A stretch of DNA of 64,000 bases. Source: Lytechinus pictus. Lineage: Eukaryota. Below, piece after piece: positions 13,089 to 25,112 of this stretch. The stretch's first letter is position 1. Each line of letters begins with the position of its first letter. The position numbers were made by a program, and so were the translations under genes. The stretch spans positions 6,946,001-7,010,000 of the forward strand of contig NC_087250.1 of NCBI RefSeq assembly GCF_037042905.1. The letters are read 5' to 3'. The notes under the pieces are model-generated. The model saw only the letters and a program-made list of their open reading frames with translations, was not told the DNA's origin and searched no databases.

Positions 13089-13735
13089 GATTCTAGGACA
13101 TCTACCCCCTGGACATCCACCCCCCGGACATCTACCACCCGGACATCCACCCCCCGGACATCCACCCCCTTAGGACATCTACCCCCTAGGACAAGTACCC
13201 CCTAGGACATCTACCCCCCGGACATCTACCCCCGGACAAGTACCCCCCGGACATCTACCCCCCGGACATCTACCCCCCGGACAAGTACCCCCCGGACATC
13301 TACCCCCCGGACATCTACCCCCCCGGACATCTACCCCCCGGACATTTACCCCCCAGACATCTACCTCCCGGACATTTACCCCCCCCCCCCCCAGACAGGC
13401 TACCCCTGGGCATCTACTCACGGATATTTTGGATACGGGGGGTAAATGTCCACGGGGGGGGTAGATGTCCGGGGGGTACTTGTCCGGGGGGTAGATGTTC
13501 GGGGGGTACTTGTCCGGGGGGTAAATGTCCGGGGGGTAGATGTCCGGGGGGTAGATGTCCGGGGGGTAGATGTCCGGGGGGTACTTGTCTGGGGGGTACT
13601 TGTCCGGGGGGTAGATGTCCTAGGGGGTACTTGTCCTAGGGGGTAGATGTCCTAAGGGGGTGGATGTCCGGGGGTGGATGTCCGGGTGGTGGATGTCCGG
13701 GGGGTGGATGTCCAGGGGGTAGATGTCCGGATACG
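13089..13735. mobile_element. Foldback element with minisatellite TIRs (Mutator-like)
   Basis: Array of ~16-bp GGACATCTACCCCCC units facing its inverted array; direct repeat GTTGAAGTC at 13080-13088 and 13736-13744. Confidence 0.8.
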
Positions 13736-14015
13736 GTTGAAGTCAGTCATTCGATTAGTGCGTGGGATTTACAGCGGAGCAACTGTCGCCCGAGCAAATG
13801 TCATGGAATAAGTCAAAATCATGGGTAAACTTCGTTCAAGAATTATTATAGACCATAAATTCCAATATTATTGGAGTACTATACACCAGAATACACGTGC
13901 GTAGTAAAAAAAAAATCATAATCAATACATTACAAATACACACATTACTTCCATCACAGATATGTACACACATGCAAACATTGACTAGAAACAAAAGTTA
14001 TTCGCATTGCGTTAA

Positions 14016-14466
14016 AGGGGAAGTTCACCCTGACAAAAAGTTCATTGTAAAAATAGCAGAATGAATATTAAAAATTATTGGCGAAGGATTGAGGAAAATC
14101 CATCAAAGAATTAAAATGCAGCTTTCGTACATATCGTATGGTAAAAAATCAATAAAATGTCCTTTTTTCAGAAAATTGAAAATGATTCTCATTGTACCTT
14201 CAGTATATCAATACAATATACATTTCACACCCGCTCCTAAAAAGAAAAAAATCATAACGAACCACTAAAATATTGGAACTTATGCATTTTATATTACATA
14301 ACATAATCATGATAATATTAAGGGGCAGCTCCTCGTTTATGACGTCACAAATAAAAACTCAACATTCTAATAACTTTGTTAATCTTTGGTGGATTTTCCT
14401 TGAACCTTCACCACTATTTTTCGTTATTTTGTCTACAACAACCTTTCGTCAGGGTGAACTTTCCCT
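14016..14466. mobile_element. Kolobok-type MITE
   Basis: TTAA|AGGGGAAGTTCACCCTGAC ... GTCAGGGTGAACTTTCCCT|TTAA. Confidence 0.8.
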
Positions 14467-16949
14467 TTAAAGCAGAAGGAATGCATAGTTAAAAATACAA
14501 ATATTTTTCTCGGTATATAGCCCGCTTCCGCATACAGTATCGTGAATATATATATACACATAGAAATAGGGAAATTCCCGCTCTTGACGGGACTTTTTTT
14601 TGTAAGGGTAGTCATTTTACTTCTGATTTGTATAACTCCAAAGTGATTATTATGAAATATATCATTCGGTCTATAATAGTGTATAGAAACTAATGGTGTA
14701 CAAACAATATTACATATATCATGTCCAGAAGAATTGCACGATAGTTTATTTCAAAATTCATCTTCAAACATGTCAAATGGGAATAGATTACATATAGATA
14801 CAAAAAAATGAACACTATCCTAGCTGGCACAGACACATGATACAAAAATATAATAATGTAAAAGCTAAAGATTGTAAAAACATTTTATAACATGTTTATG
14901 CTTCCTTAGATACACAGTAGCAAGAGACATAAAATGTAGACATTTCCATGAAATAGTTTTCAACTTTCTAGACTAAAAAAATGTACAATATTGCATGAGT
15001 AATATACAAACAGTTTAAAACATGTGAAAAAAAAATCTGAGACATAAAGAAATGAAACATTATGCGACATGTCCAGCAAGCTAGCCCTATAAGGTCGGAA
15101 TGCGGGGGGGGGCTAAAAATATAATATGTATTGGCTAAAGATTATGAAAACATTTAATAACATGTTTATGCTTTCTTTGGAACGCTCTTAATAAAATGTA
15201 GAGGCATCACATGTGGACATTTTCATGAAATATTTCACAACTCTTTAAACTAAATATTTTACAATATTAGGAGACATGAGCGATGAGGAGTATAGTATAC
15301 AAATCATTTTAAGAAAATTTTTGTATTTATACATTATTCGAAATGTGTTCAGTAAAGTCGTATATGGCCGGAATGCCGGGGTGGTCTAGATCTACAGTTG
15401 ATAGACTCTGACAATTATGATAATCAGATCTGAACGGGATATTTTGAGAATGTTTGGTAAGAATCCACACCAATAAAAAAGAAAATCCCTTCCTTATAAC
15501 ATTGCAACAAAATATGCACATGCGATCCGTCTAAAATTATTTGGTACAATAACAAATTAGCGATAACAGATTAAAGCTACTGAAATCATTCCACATGATT
15601 GGTTCATAGTAAACTTGTTAAAACAAAAAAACTGTTCATTTTCATCTGAAGTCTTTATGACACGGTACCCAGATATTTAAAAATACATGCATATTATTAT
15701 AGGTTCACAACAAGGGTTTCTTCATTACAGAAACATAAATTTATCACAAATTTACTGAACAGTCTGACATTCTGCATACATGTATTTTACATATTCTACC
15801 CCCCACAAACACTTTTCTGTGTACGACAATACAAAACTTGCAAGACATTTATGTACAGTAATGTACATGTAGCCTACATTAATAATAATCTATTCTACAT
15901 TCACATAATACACATTCAAAAATATTTCCATTCACATCCGTGTTGATACGTATTGATTACATTCTGCGATGTGTGCGCAATTTTTCTGCACAAATAGTCA
16001 AACTTGCCCCGGGAGCTGGCCCAAACACCTGGGCCCGTATTCCATAAACGAGATAAGCTTTTTGCTTAAGTCTTAGCAATTTGTCTTAGCATTTTGCTTG
16101 TCTAAGAAATCTTCCCTAACGATATTCTATAAACTTTAAGACATTTGTCTCAAGTCAGACGATATGGCTAAGCCAAAGTCTCAAAGTCAAATTCTATGAC
16201 CTTCTCAACTGCTGCAGGGGTGACTGCAACAAAATAGCAAAAATGTCATTGAAGTTGTTTTTTCTTAACAAGTTTGATTTTATTGAAACTAATTACAACT
16301 ATTGTAGTAAAAGAAGAGCATTCATCACCCATATATGGTAAGAATTCTTTATTCAGATTATTCTATATTTTGTTAATTACCAAAACATTTCAATCCCAAA
16401 CCGAGTGACTTGCACAGTTTTTTATATATCAGTCCCATTCATTACTTTTCATGTATTGTTTGTCAAAATCTAAATGGAATAGGGTAGATTCCTCTCGACA
16501 TCTTTATTCTATTTCAGTTGAAGTAGACCAAGGGTCTAAGGGAAAACATTTGTAACTTTTGAGACTAGTCTTGGCCTGGGTCTAACATTAGGCCTAGATC
16601 TAGCCTAGGCCCAAGATCTACAACTAATATCCGTCTGTTTGGAGGAGAATTGAACATTGTTTTTAATTTTACTTTTTACTTTCCTGAAGGCTGAAGCAAA
16701 ACGTAACTTTGTTAGTCTAGTGCCGTAGTGGAGCAACTGAGACTGAAGCTACATAGGCCTAGATCTAACGATAGACCTATATTAGTATTGGTCTAGGCCT
16801 AGAACATGCAGGACTTAGCCTGGCTTAGCCTCAAGACAGGGATAGATCTATCTAGATCTACATGTAGGTCTAGAATAGATCTGACTTAGACCAAAAGCTT
16901 CAGTCTCCGACTGTATTTTGGTTGTTCCGCTATTTTAGTATTACGAGTA

Positions 16950-17185
16950 GGATGGGGGATCGGGTGTCCGGACACTTTATATTTTTGAAGCCTTCTTTTT
17001 TGTCATTGGATTACACTACAAATACGAAATCAATAGTTTTAATCATCTTCTATTTTGTTCTCTATAATATTTCCTGACATTTTGTACTAAAAATTGATAA
17101 AACTTTCCTTGTAAATTTTTCCAAATGACTTTCTAAAATTGATCGTCCGGACACACAACCTGTCCGGACACACAACAACTGGGTA
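16950..17185 (-). mobile_element. 236-bp TA-targeting insertion with asymmetric ends (copy 2)
   Basis: GAG-TA|GGATGGGGG...CAACTGGGTA|TA-CGAC; empty site GAGTACGAC in the paralogous element at ~20774-20782. Confidence 0.85.
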
Positions 17186-18279
17186 TACGACACTAAACAG
17201 TCTAACGTTACGTTGGCCTAGTCTCACCAATGTGATATGACAGTAATTGTCAGAAACTTTTAAATAAATCCCCAGAAACGACGGTTATTCCTGTCAACAG
17301 TGCTACTGCTAGATATATCGCTATGCATTGCTTGCCAACTTTGCCTAAAGTTAGATCTAGCCCTAGTAGTAGTCTAGACATCTATCTAGATCTACTCCTG
17401 CTTTAGGTCCATCTGTTTGTTTGGAGTTTTTATTTTATACATTTTGAGGACTTGTTTAGATCTAGGTTTCCAGGACTAGAAAACAGGCCTAAGGCTAAAC
17501 CTAGACCAACAATGGCAACAGCTCAGTCTAGACTAGGGCCTAGATTTATATAAGAATTTAGATCTAGGGCCTAGGCGGCCTAGCCTGTGCTTACTTCTAT
17601 TCATTCTAGATTTTATTTCTAGCCTATCCGGTAGCCCTAACGTTAGGACTTGCTGATCTAGTCTACTGTTTGATCTAGAAATCTCTAACCTAGGCCTAGA
17701 TCTAGACTAAATGACTTACTCACTTAGACTAAAAGTTAGACCCTATCTAGATCTAGAACTATACCAATCTAGGTGTAGATAGGGTCATAGTAATAGGTCT
17801 AGATCTAGAGACTTGTAGACTCTATCCCAATGTAGATTCTAGATCTAAAAATAGTAAATGTAGGCTAGATCTAGTCTAGTTCTACTCATCTAACGTTAGG
17901 CCTGAGAAAGGAAGTAGGCTAGGGATCTAGCATTGGATTATTTATAGGACTAAAGAATCTTGATCTAGGCTAACTAGGGGCTTTAGTTCGAAATCTTGAG
18001 GTCTAGCCCCCCCCCCCCAAAAAAAAAAAATAAAATAAAATAAAAAAAGAGAACTAAGCCCTCAGCTACATGTAGTTCTCTATGTAGCCAAACAAAAGTT
18101 AGCATTGACCATTGTCTTAATCTTTTTTGGCGTATACATGTAGTTATCATACAAACACATATTTTGATGAATGAGAAAATGTGTCTCGCAGATTATTTTA
18201 GCTCAAAACCTACATTTCATGGACATATAGGCCAATGTCATAAAATGAAGAAGTAGTTCAATACACATCATGCTGTTTA

Positions 18280-19360
18280 CACATTTATTGATCTGATATG
18301 CTGTTACCATGGCAACAAATTTTCAAATATATGTCTTAAAGATCTACACTTCAAAATCAATGTGTGAGCCAACTTTAATAAGAATTGGTAAAACTAATAA
18401 AGGGATTCAAACCACAGGATTTTCACCTAATTTCTTTATATAATATGTTGTTACCATAGCAACACGAATTCTGATACAGGCAAAAGTATATCTTAGACAT
18501 CTTCAACTCAAGACTATTGTGTGCGCCAACATTTTAGGAGAATTGACCAGTTGAAAACTGATAAAGTAATTCAAATTACAAGATTTTCATCTAGTTTTTG
18601 TTATTTTATTTGTTGCCATGGCAACGCAATTTTTTATAAAGGCATAAAATATACTTTGCACATCTTCACATCAAGACTAACGTTTGTGCCACATTTCATG
18701 AGAATCGATAAAAAACTGAAGAAGTCGTTGGAACTGCAAGAGTTTTACATAATTTTTGCCCTAATATATCGTTACCATGGCAACACAATTTCCGACACAT
18801 GCGAAAATGTGTCTTGCACATCTTTACCACAAGACTTATGTCTGTGGCAAACATCATGAGAAGTGGTTGAAATATTGTAAACTTGTTAAAACCACAAATT
18901 TTTCACCTAATTTTCGTTATTTAATATGTTGTTACCATGGCAACGCAATTTTTGTATATAGGCATAAAATATGTTTTGCACATCTTCACATCAAGACTAA
19001 TGTTTGTGCCACATTTCATGAGAATTGGTTAAAAACTGAGGAAGTAGTTGGAATAGCAAGATTTATACATAATTTTTGCCATAATATACTGTTACCATGG
19101 CAACACAATTTCCGACACATGCAAAATTGTGTCTTGCACATCTTTTCCTCAAATCCAATGTGTGAGCCAACTTTCATGAGAATTGGTAGAAAACCGATGA
19201 AGTAATTTAAATTTTAAATTTTGGCCATAATATACTGTTACCATGGCAACACAATTTCTGAAAAAGCAAAAAAAAAATTCTTACACCTCCTTACCTTAAG
19301 ACCAATGTGTGTTCCAAATTTCATGAAAATCGGTTAAAAACTGAGGAAGTAGCTCGAAAT
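18280..19360 (+). repeat. Diverged ~146-162-bp tandem array with a GTTACCATGGCAAC core (second array at ~21870-22950)
   Basis: Core motif at 18303, 18450, 18612, 18771, 18931, 19091 and 19237. Confidence 0.85.
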
Positions 19361-19714
19361 GCAATATAGGTATAAATTCTAAAAAAAAATTGGCCATGAT
19401 TTGTTGGATTTAAACGTTGTCTTAAAGCAATTAAGACAACTCACAACTGTCTTAAAGTTAGGGCAAAATTCTTAGCCATGTAGAATTTATGAAATACAGA
19501 CTCTGCATATTTAAGAAAAGTTACTTAGCCATTCATCCTAAATCTGTCTTAGTCGCGCAAAAATTCTTAGCCAAATTCTTAGACAAAATTCTTAACCAAT
19601 TCTTTATGGAATACGCGTTTTGGCTAAGAATTTTGTCTTAGACAGAAAACTAAGACAAAATGCTTAGATTTTTTACTTAAGCATGCTTATCTCGTTTATG
19701 GAATACGGGCCCTG

Positions 19715-19859
19715 GGGCCCGTTGGAGAAAGAGTTGCGTTTAAACGCAAGCCAAAAAATCAATCGCAAGTCTCAAATGCGCGTTGTTGATTGGTTGAAAA
19801 TCAAGTTGCGCATGATTTTTAGAGTTGCGATTGATTGCAACTCTTTCTGCAACAGGCCC
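19715..19859. mobile_element. 145-bp Harbinger-type MITE
   Basis: CTG|GGGCCCGTTGGAGAAAGAGTTGC ... GCAACTCTTTCTGCAACAGGCCC|CTG. Confidence 0.8.
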
Positions 19860-19862
19860 CTG

Positions 19863-22800
19863 GGCCCGTATTCCATAAACGAGATAAGCTTTTTGCTTAA
19901 GTCTTAGCAATTTATCTTAGCATTTTGCTTGTCTAAGAAATCTTCCCTAACGATATTCTATAAACTTTAAGACATTTGTCTCAAGTCAGACGATATGGCT
20001 AAGCCAAAGTCTCAAAGTCAAATTCTATGACCTTCTAAACTGCTGCAGGGGTGACTGCAACAAAATAGCAAAAATGTCATTGAAGTTGTTTTTTCTTAAC
20101 AAGTTTGATTTTATTGAAACTAATTACAACTATTGTAGTAAAAGAAGAGCATTCATCACCCATATATGGTAAGAATTCTTTATTCAGATTATTCTATATT
20201 TTGTTAATTACCAAAACATTTCAATCCCAAACCGAGTGACTTGCACAGTTTTTTATGTATCAGTCCCATTCATTACTTTTCATGTATTGTTTGTCAAAAT
20301 CTAAATGGGATAGGGTAGATTCCTCTCGACATCTTTATTCTACTTCAGTTGAAGTAGACCTAGGGTCTAAGGGAAAACATTTGTAACTTTTGAGACTAGT
20401 CTTGGGTTTAACATTAGGCCTAGATCTAGCCTAGGCCCAAGATCTACAACTAATATCCGTCTGTTTGGAGGAGAATTGAACATTGTTTTTACTTTTTACT
20501 TTCCTGAAGGCTGAAGCAAAACGTAACTTTGTTAGTCTAGTGCCGTAGTGGAGCAACTGAGACTGAAGCTACATACTAGGCCTAGATCTAACGATAGACC
20601 TATATTAGTATTGGTCTAGGCCTAGAACATGCAGGACTTAGCCTGGCTTAGCCTTAAGACAGGGATAGATCTATCTAGATTTACATGTAGGTCTAGAATA
20701 GATCTGACTTAGGCCTAGACCAAAAGCTTCAGTCTCCGACTGTATTTTGGTTGTTCCGCTATTTTAGTATTACGAGTACGACACTAAACAGTCTAACGTT
20801 ACGTTGGCCTAGTCTCACCAATGTGATATGACAGTAAATGTCAGAAACTTTTATATAAATCCCCAGAAACGATGGTTATTCCTGTCAACAGTGCTAGATA
20901 TATCGCTATGCATTGCTTGCCAACTATGCCTAAAGTTAGATCTAGTCCTAGTAGTAGTCTAGACATCTATCTAGATCTAGGCCTACTCCTGCTTTAGGTC
21001 CATCTGTTTGTTTTGGAGTTTTTATTTTATACATTTTGAGGACTTGTTTAGATCTAGGTTTCCAGGACTAGAAAACAGGCCTAAACCTAGACCAACACTG
21101 GCAACAGCTCAGTCTCGACTAGGGCCTAGATTTATATAAGAATTTAGATCTAGGGCCTAGGCGGCCTAGCCTGTGCTTTCTTCTATTCATTCTAGATTTT
21201 ATTTCTAGCCTATCCGGTAGCCCTAACGTTAGGACTGGCTGATCTAGTCTACTGTTTGATCTAGAAATCTCTAACCTAGGCCTAGATCTAGACTAAATGA
21301 CTTACTCACTTAGACTGAAAGTTAGACCCTATCTAGATCTAGAACTATACCAATCTAGGTGTACATAGGGTCATAGTAATAGGTGTAGATCTAGAGACTT
21401 GTAGACTCTATCTCAATGTAGATTCTAGATCTAAAAATAGTAAATGTAGGCTAGATCTAGTCTAGTTCTACTCATCTAACGTTAGGCCTGAGAAAGGAAG
21501 TAGGCTAGGGATCTAGCATTGGGTTATTTCTAGGACTAAAGAATCTTGATCTAGGCTTAGATCTAAACTAGGGGCTGTAGTTCGAAATCTTGAGGTCTAG
21601 CCCCCCCCCCCCCAAAAAAAAAAAAAAAAAAAAACTAGAACTAAGCCCTCAGCTACATGTAGTTCTCTATGTAGCCAAACAAAAGTTAGCATTGACCATT
21701 GTCTTAATCTTTTTTGGCGTATACATGTAGTTATCATACAAACACATATTTTGATGAATGAGAAAATGTGTCTTGCAGATTATTTTAGCTCAAAACCTAC
21801 ATTTCATGGACATATAGGCCAATGTCATAAAATGAAGAAGTAGTTCGATACACATCATGCTGTTTACACATTTATTGATCTGATATGCTGTTACCATGGC
21901 AACAAATTTTCAAATATATGTCTTGCAGATCTACACCTCAAAATCAATGTGTGAGCCAACTTTTATAAGAATTGGTAAAACTAATAAAGGGATTCAAACC
22001 ACAAGATTTTCACCTAATTTCTTTATATAATATGTTGTTACCATAGCAACACGAATTCTGATACAGGCAAAAGTATATCTTAGACATCTTCAACTCAAGA
22101 CTATTGTGTGCGCCAACATTTTAGGAGAATTGACCAGTTGAAAACTGATAAAGTAATTCAAATTACAAGATTTTCATCTAGTTTTTGTTATTTTATTTGT
22201 TGCCATGGCAACACAATTTTTTTATAAAGTATATTTTATATATACTTTGCACATCTTCACATCAAGACTAACGTTTGTGCCACATTTCATGAGAATTGAT
22301 TAAAAACTGAAGAAGTCGTTGGAACTGCAAGATTTTTACATAATTTTTGCCCTAATATACCGTTACCTTGGCAACACAATTTCCGACACATGCGAAAATG
22401 TGTCTTGCACATCTTTACCTCAAGACTTATGTCTGTGGCAAACATCATGAGAAGTGGTTGAAATATTGTAAACTTGTTAAAACCACAAATTTTTCACCTA
22501 ATTTTCGTTATTTAATATGTTGTTACCATGGCAACGCAATTTTTGTATATAGGCATAAAATATGTTTTGCACATCTTCACATCAAGACTAATGTTTGTGC
22601 CACATTTCATGAGAATTGGTTAAAAACTGAGGAAGTAGTTGGAATAGCAAGATTTATACATAATTTTTGCCATAATATACTGTTACCATGGCAACACAAT
22701 TTCCGACACATGCAAAATTATGTCTTGCACATCTTTTCCTCAAATCCAATGTGTGAGCCAACTTTCATGAGAATTGGTAGAAAACCGATGAAGTAATTTA

Positions 22801-23302
22801 AATTTTAAATTTTGGCCATAATATACTGTTACCATGGCAACACAATTTCTGAAAAAGCAAAAAAAAAACTCTTACACCTCCTTACCTTAAGACCAATGTG
22901 TGTTCCAAATTTCATGAAAATTGGTTAAAAACTGAGGAAGTAGCTCGAAATGCAATATAGGTATGAATTCTAAAAAAAAATTGGCCATGATTTGTTGGAT
23001 TTAAACGTTGTCTTAAAGCAATTAAGACAACTCACCACTGTCTTAAAGTTAGGGCAAAATTCTTAGCCATGTAGAATTTATGAAATACAGACTCTGCATA
23101 TTTAAGAAAAGTTACTTAGCCATTCATCCTAAATCTGTCTTAGTCGCGCAAAAATTCTTAGCCAAATTCTTAGACAAAATTCTTAGCCACTTCTTTATGG
23201 AATACGCGTTTTGGCTAAGAATTTTGTCTTAGACAGAAAACTAAGACAAAATGCTTAGATTTTTGACTTAAGCATGCTTATCTCGTTTATGGAATACGGG
23301 CC
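19863..23302 (+). mobile_element. Non-autonomous PIF/Harbinger-type element, 3.44 kb (copy 2)
   Basis: Near-identical to 16032-19711 minus the 236-bp insertion; same TIRs; flanked by CTG and CAG. Confidence 0.85.
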
Positions 23303-23999
23303 CAGGTCATTGTTTATTTGTTTGTTCAGGAAGACAAACCAAAGATTTACAAAAATGGGATCTTCTGCCTTCTTGTTTGGCGCCAAGCGTTTAGATTGGA
23401 GAATGGTAATAATAACATGAAGTATGTTAAATGTAGCTAGGGCCCGCTGGTAGAGCAGTTTTATAACTGAAGTGGCTAACCTGGGTAAATAAAACGCCAT
23501 TATCATCTTGATTCTCAAACAGCCATCACTTTTTTATTCGTTGCCTGATTTCTTTTTTAAAGCTTGCAATCTCTAATTTTTCTCTGATATTTATCTCATG
23601 TTGCACCTCAATACCCGTTGAACGTTTTCAACGGGGTCCTCTTACAATCCCAATGGTCCACGAGGCCGAGGGTCCACGAGCCCGAGGGTTCACGAGGACG
23701 AGACCAAATTTTCTCATATTTTTGGTGTATTGCCATTAACTACAACTGATTCGTCAAATTGTGTAGGGTTTAATTTACATTGAAGAATAGGTAGGTTACA
23801 TGTAAGTCGGAAGTCTTCAATTGACATAGACGATTAACATATTGATAGAATGAAATAAAAGATCAGAAAACCGCGGACGTTAACCTTTTCAACCACTGGC
23901 GTAAATCCATGTTGATGGGTGGGGGGATGACATAAATATTTTGGTATTTTTTTGCAATCATGTTTTTAGATATGCAAGGAATTGTCATTGATATGTCCA

Positions 24000-25112
24000 C
24001 AGTGGCGACCGTGGGTCACGGCATTGGCGGGGGGGGGCACCAGCAAAATTTTTGAATGACATAATAGAGACATTTTAAGGACAATGTCATTAAACGGATA
24101 TGTATCTCAGTGATCAAATAATGCGAGCGCGAAGCGCGAGCTGAAATTTTGTTATATTCACACCTAAAAAGGGACATTATAATCAAATTTGTGTAATCAT
24201 GATAGGTACCTGTCTCGCTTAACAATGCGAGCGCGAAGCGCGAGCTGAAAACTTAGATAATTCAGACCTGAAGTGGGGCATTCTAAGGTTTCTTTGTAGG
24301 AATTAACTAGGACCATACGTATTTCATTAACCAAATGATGCGAGCGCGAAGCGCGAGCTGAAAAATTTTGATGTTCAGATGAGAAGAAGGGGCATTTTAA
24401 GGACTGATTTTAGGAATTCATGAAGAGCAGACATATCTCACCAATCCACTAATGCGAACGTAATCACGGACAGGAAATGTTTCATATATACGAAGACCTT
24501 AACATGGGGCAATCACTTTTGAATCATGAAAAAGAAGCATATGTCACTACATAAAACAATGATAACTCAAGTGCTAGGAAATATATTTGGTTTATATTGA
24601 CTTGAAAACGGGATGTTTTAGTACAACAGGATTATGCAGGGGCCATGGAACGGGGGGGGGGGGCTGGGGGGGCTTCAGCCCCCCACTTTTTTCCAAAACC
24701 GTGTACAAAAACGCAAAAATGACCATACGATTGTGATTTTTTGCATGGTCAGCCCCCCCCCCCCCACTTTTGGCTCAGCCCCCCCCCCCACTTTGAAAAC
24801 CGTTCCGCGGCCCCTGTTATATATCTCGTTAAACAGACAATGCGAGCACCAGGAACAATGAAGACGTAGGCCCTGGGCAAATTATGTTTCATAAAGTTAT
24901 GATAAAAATGTTTCTTATGTAATGTAATTTAACATAGTTATAATATAACATTCTAATGAATAATATTTTCTTCTTTCCCACTACGTTTCTCTTCCGTTCT
25001 CCCTCTTTTCTCCTTTTCCCCCTTTCCCCTTTCCCCCCTTTCCCCGTTTTTTTTTGGTCAGCCGATAGGGGGGGGGGATGTGCCGCCCATGTCCCCCGTA
25101 GTTACGCCACTG
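24000..25112 (+). mobile_element. Inner hAT element of copy A
   Basis: CAGTGGCG...CGCCACTG with 8-bp TSD TATGTCCA (23992-23999, 25113-25120); repeated GCGAGCGCGAAGCGCGAGC motifs. Confidence 0.8.
24637..24816. mobile_element. CAGGGGCC-terminus MITE with apparent 5-bp TSD
   Basis: TTATG|CAGGGGCC...GGCCCCTG|TTATA; absent from copy B (~42785-42795). Confidence 0.7.

Larger units (their letters stand above)
16032..19711 (+). mobile_element. Non-autonomous PIF/Harbinger-type element, 3.68 kb (copy 1)
   Basis: TIR GGCCCGTATTCCATAAACGAGATAAGC at both ends; CTG TSD (16029-16031, 19712-19714); CTTAG/CTAAG subterminal motifs; no credible coding capacity. Confidence 0.85.

Noticed and set aside
13179..13646. 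ORFs with GGRCP/GVDVR repeats
   Set aside because: Translations of the 16-bp minisatellite arms
18777..19205. 142-aa ORF duplicated at 22368-22796
   Set aside because: Translation of the ~160-bp tandem array; duplicated only because the host element is duplicated
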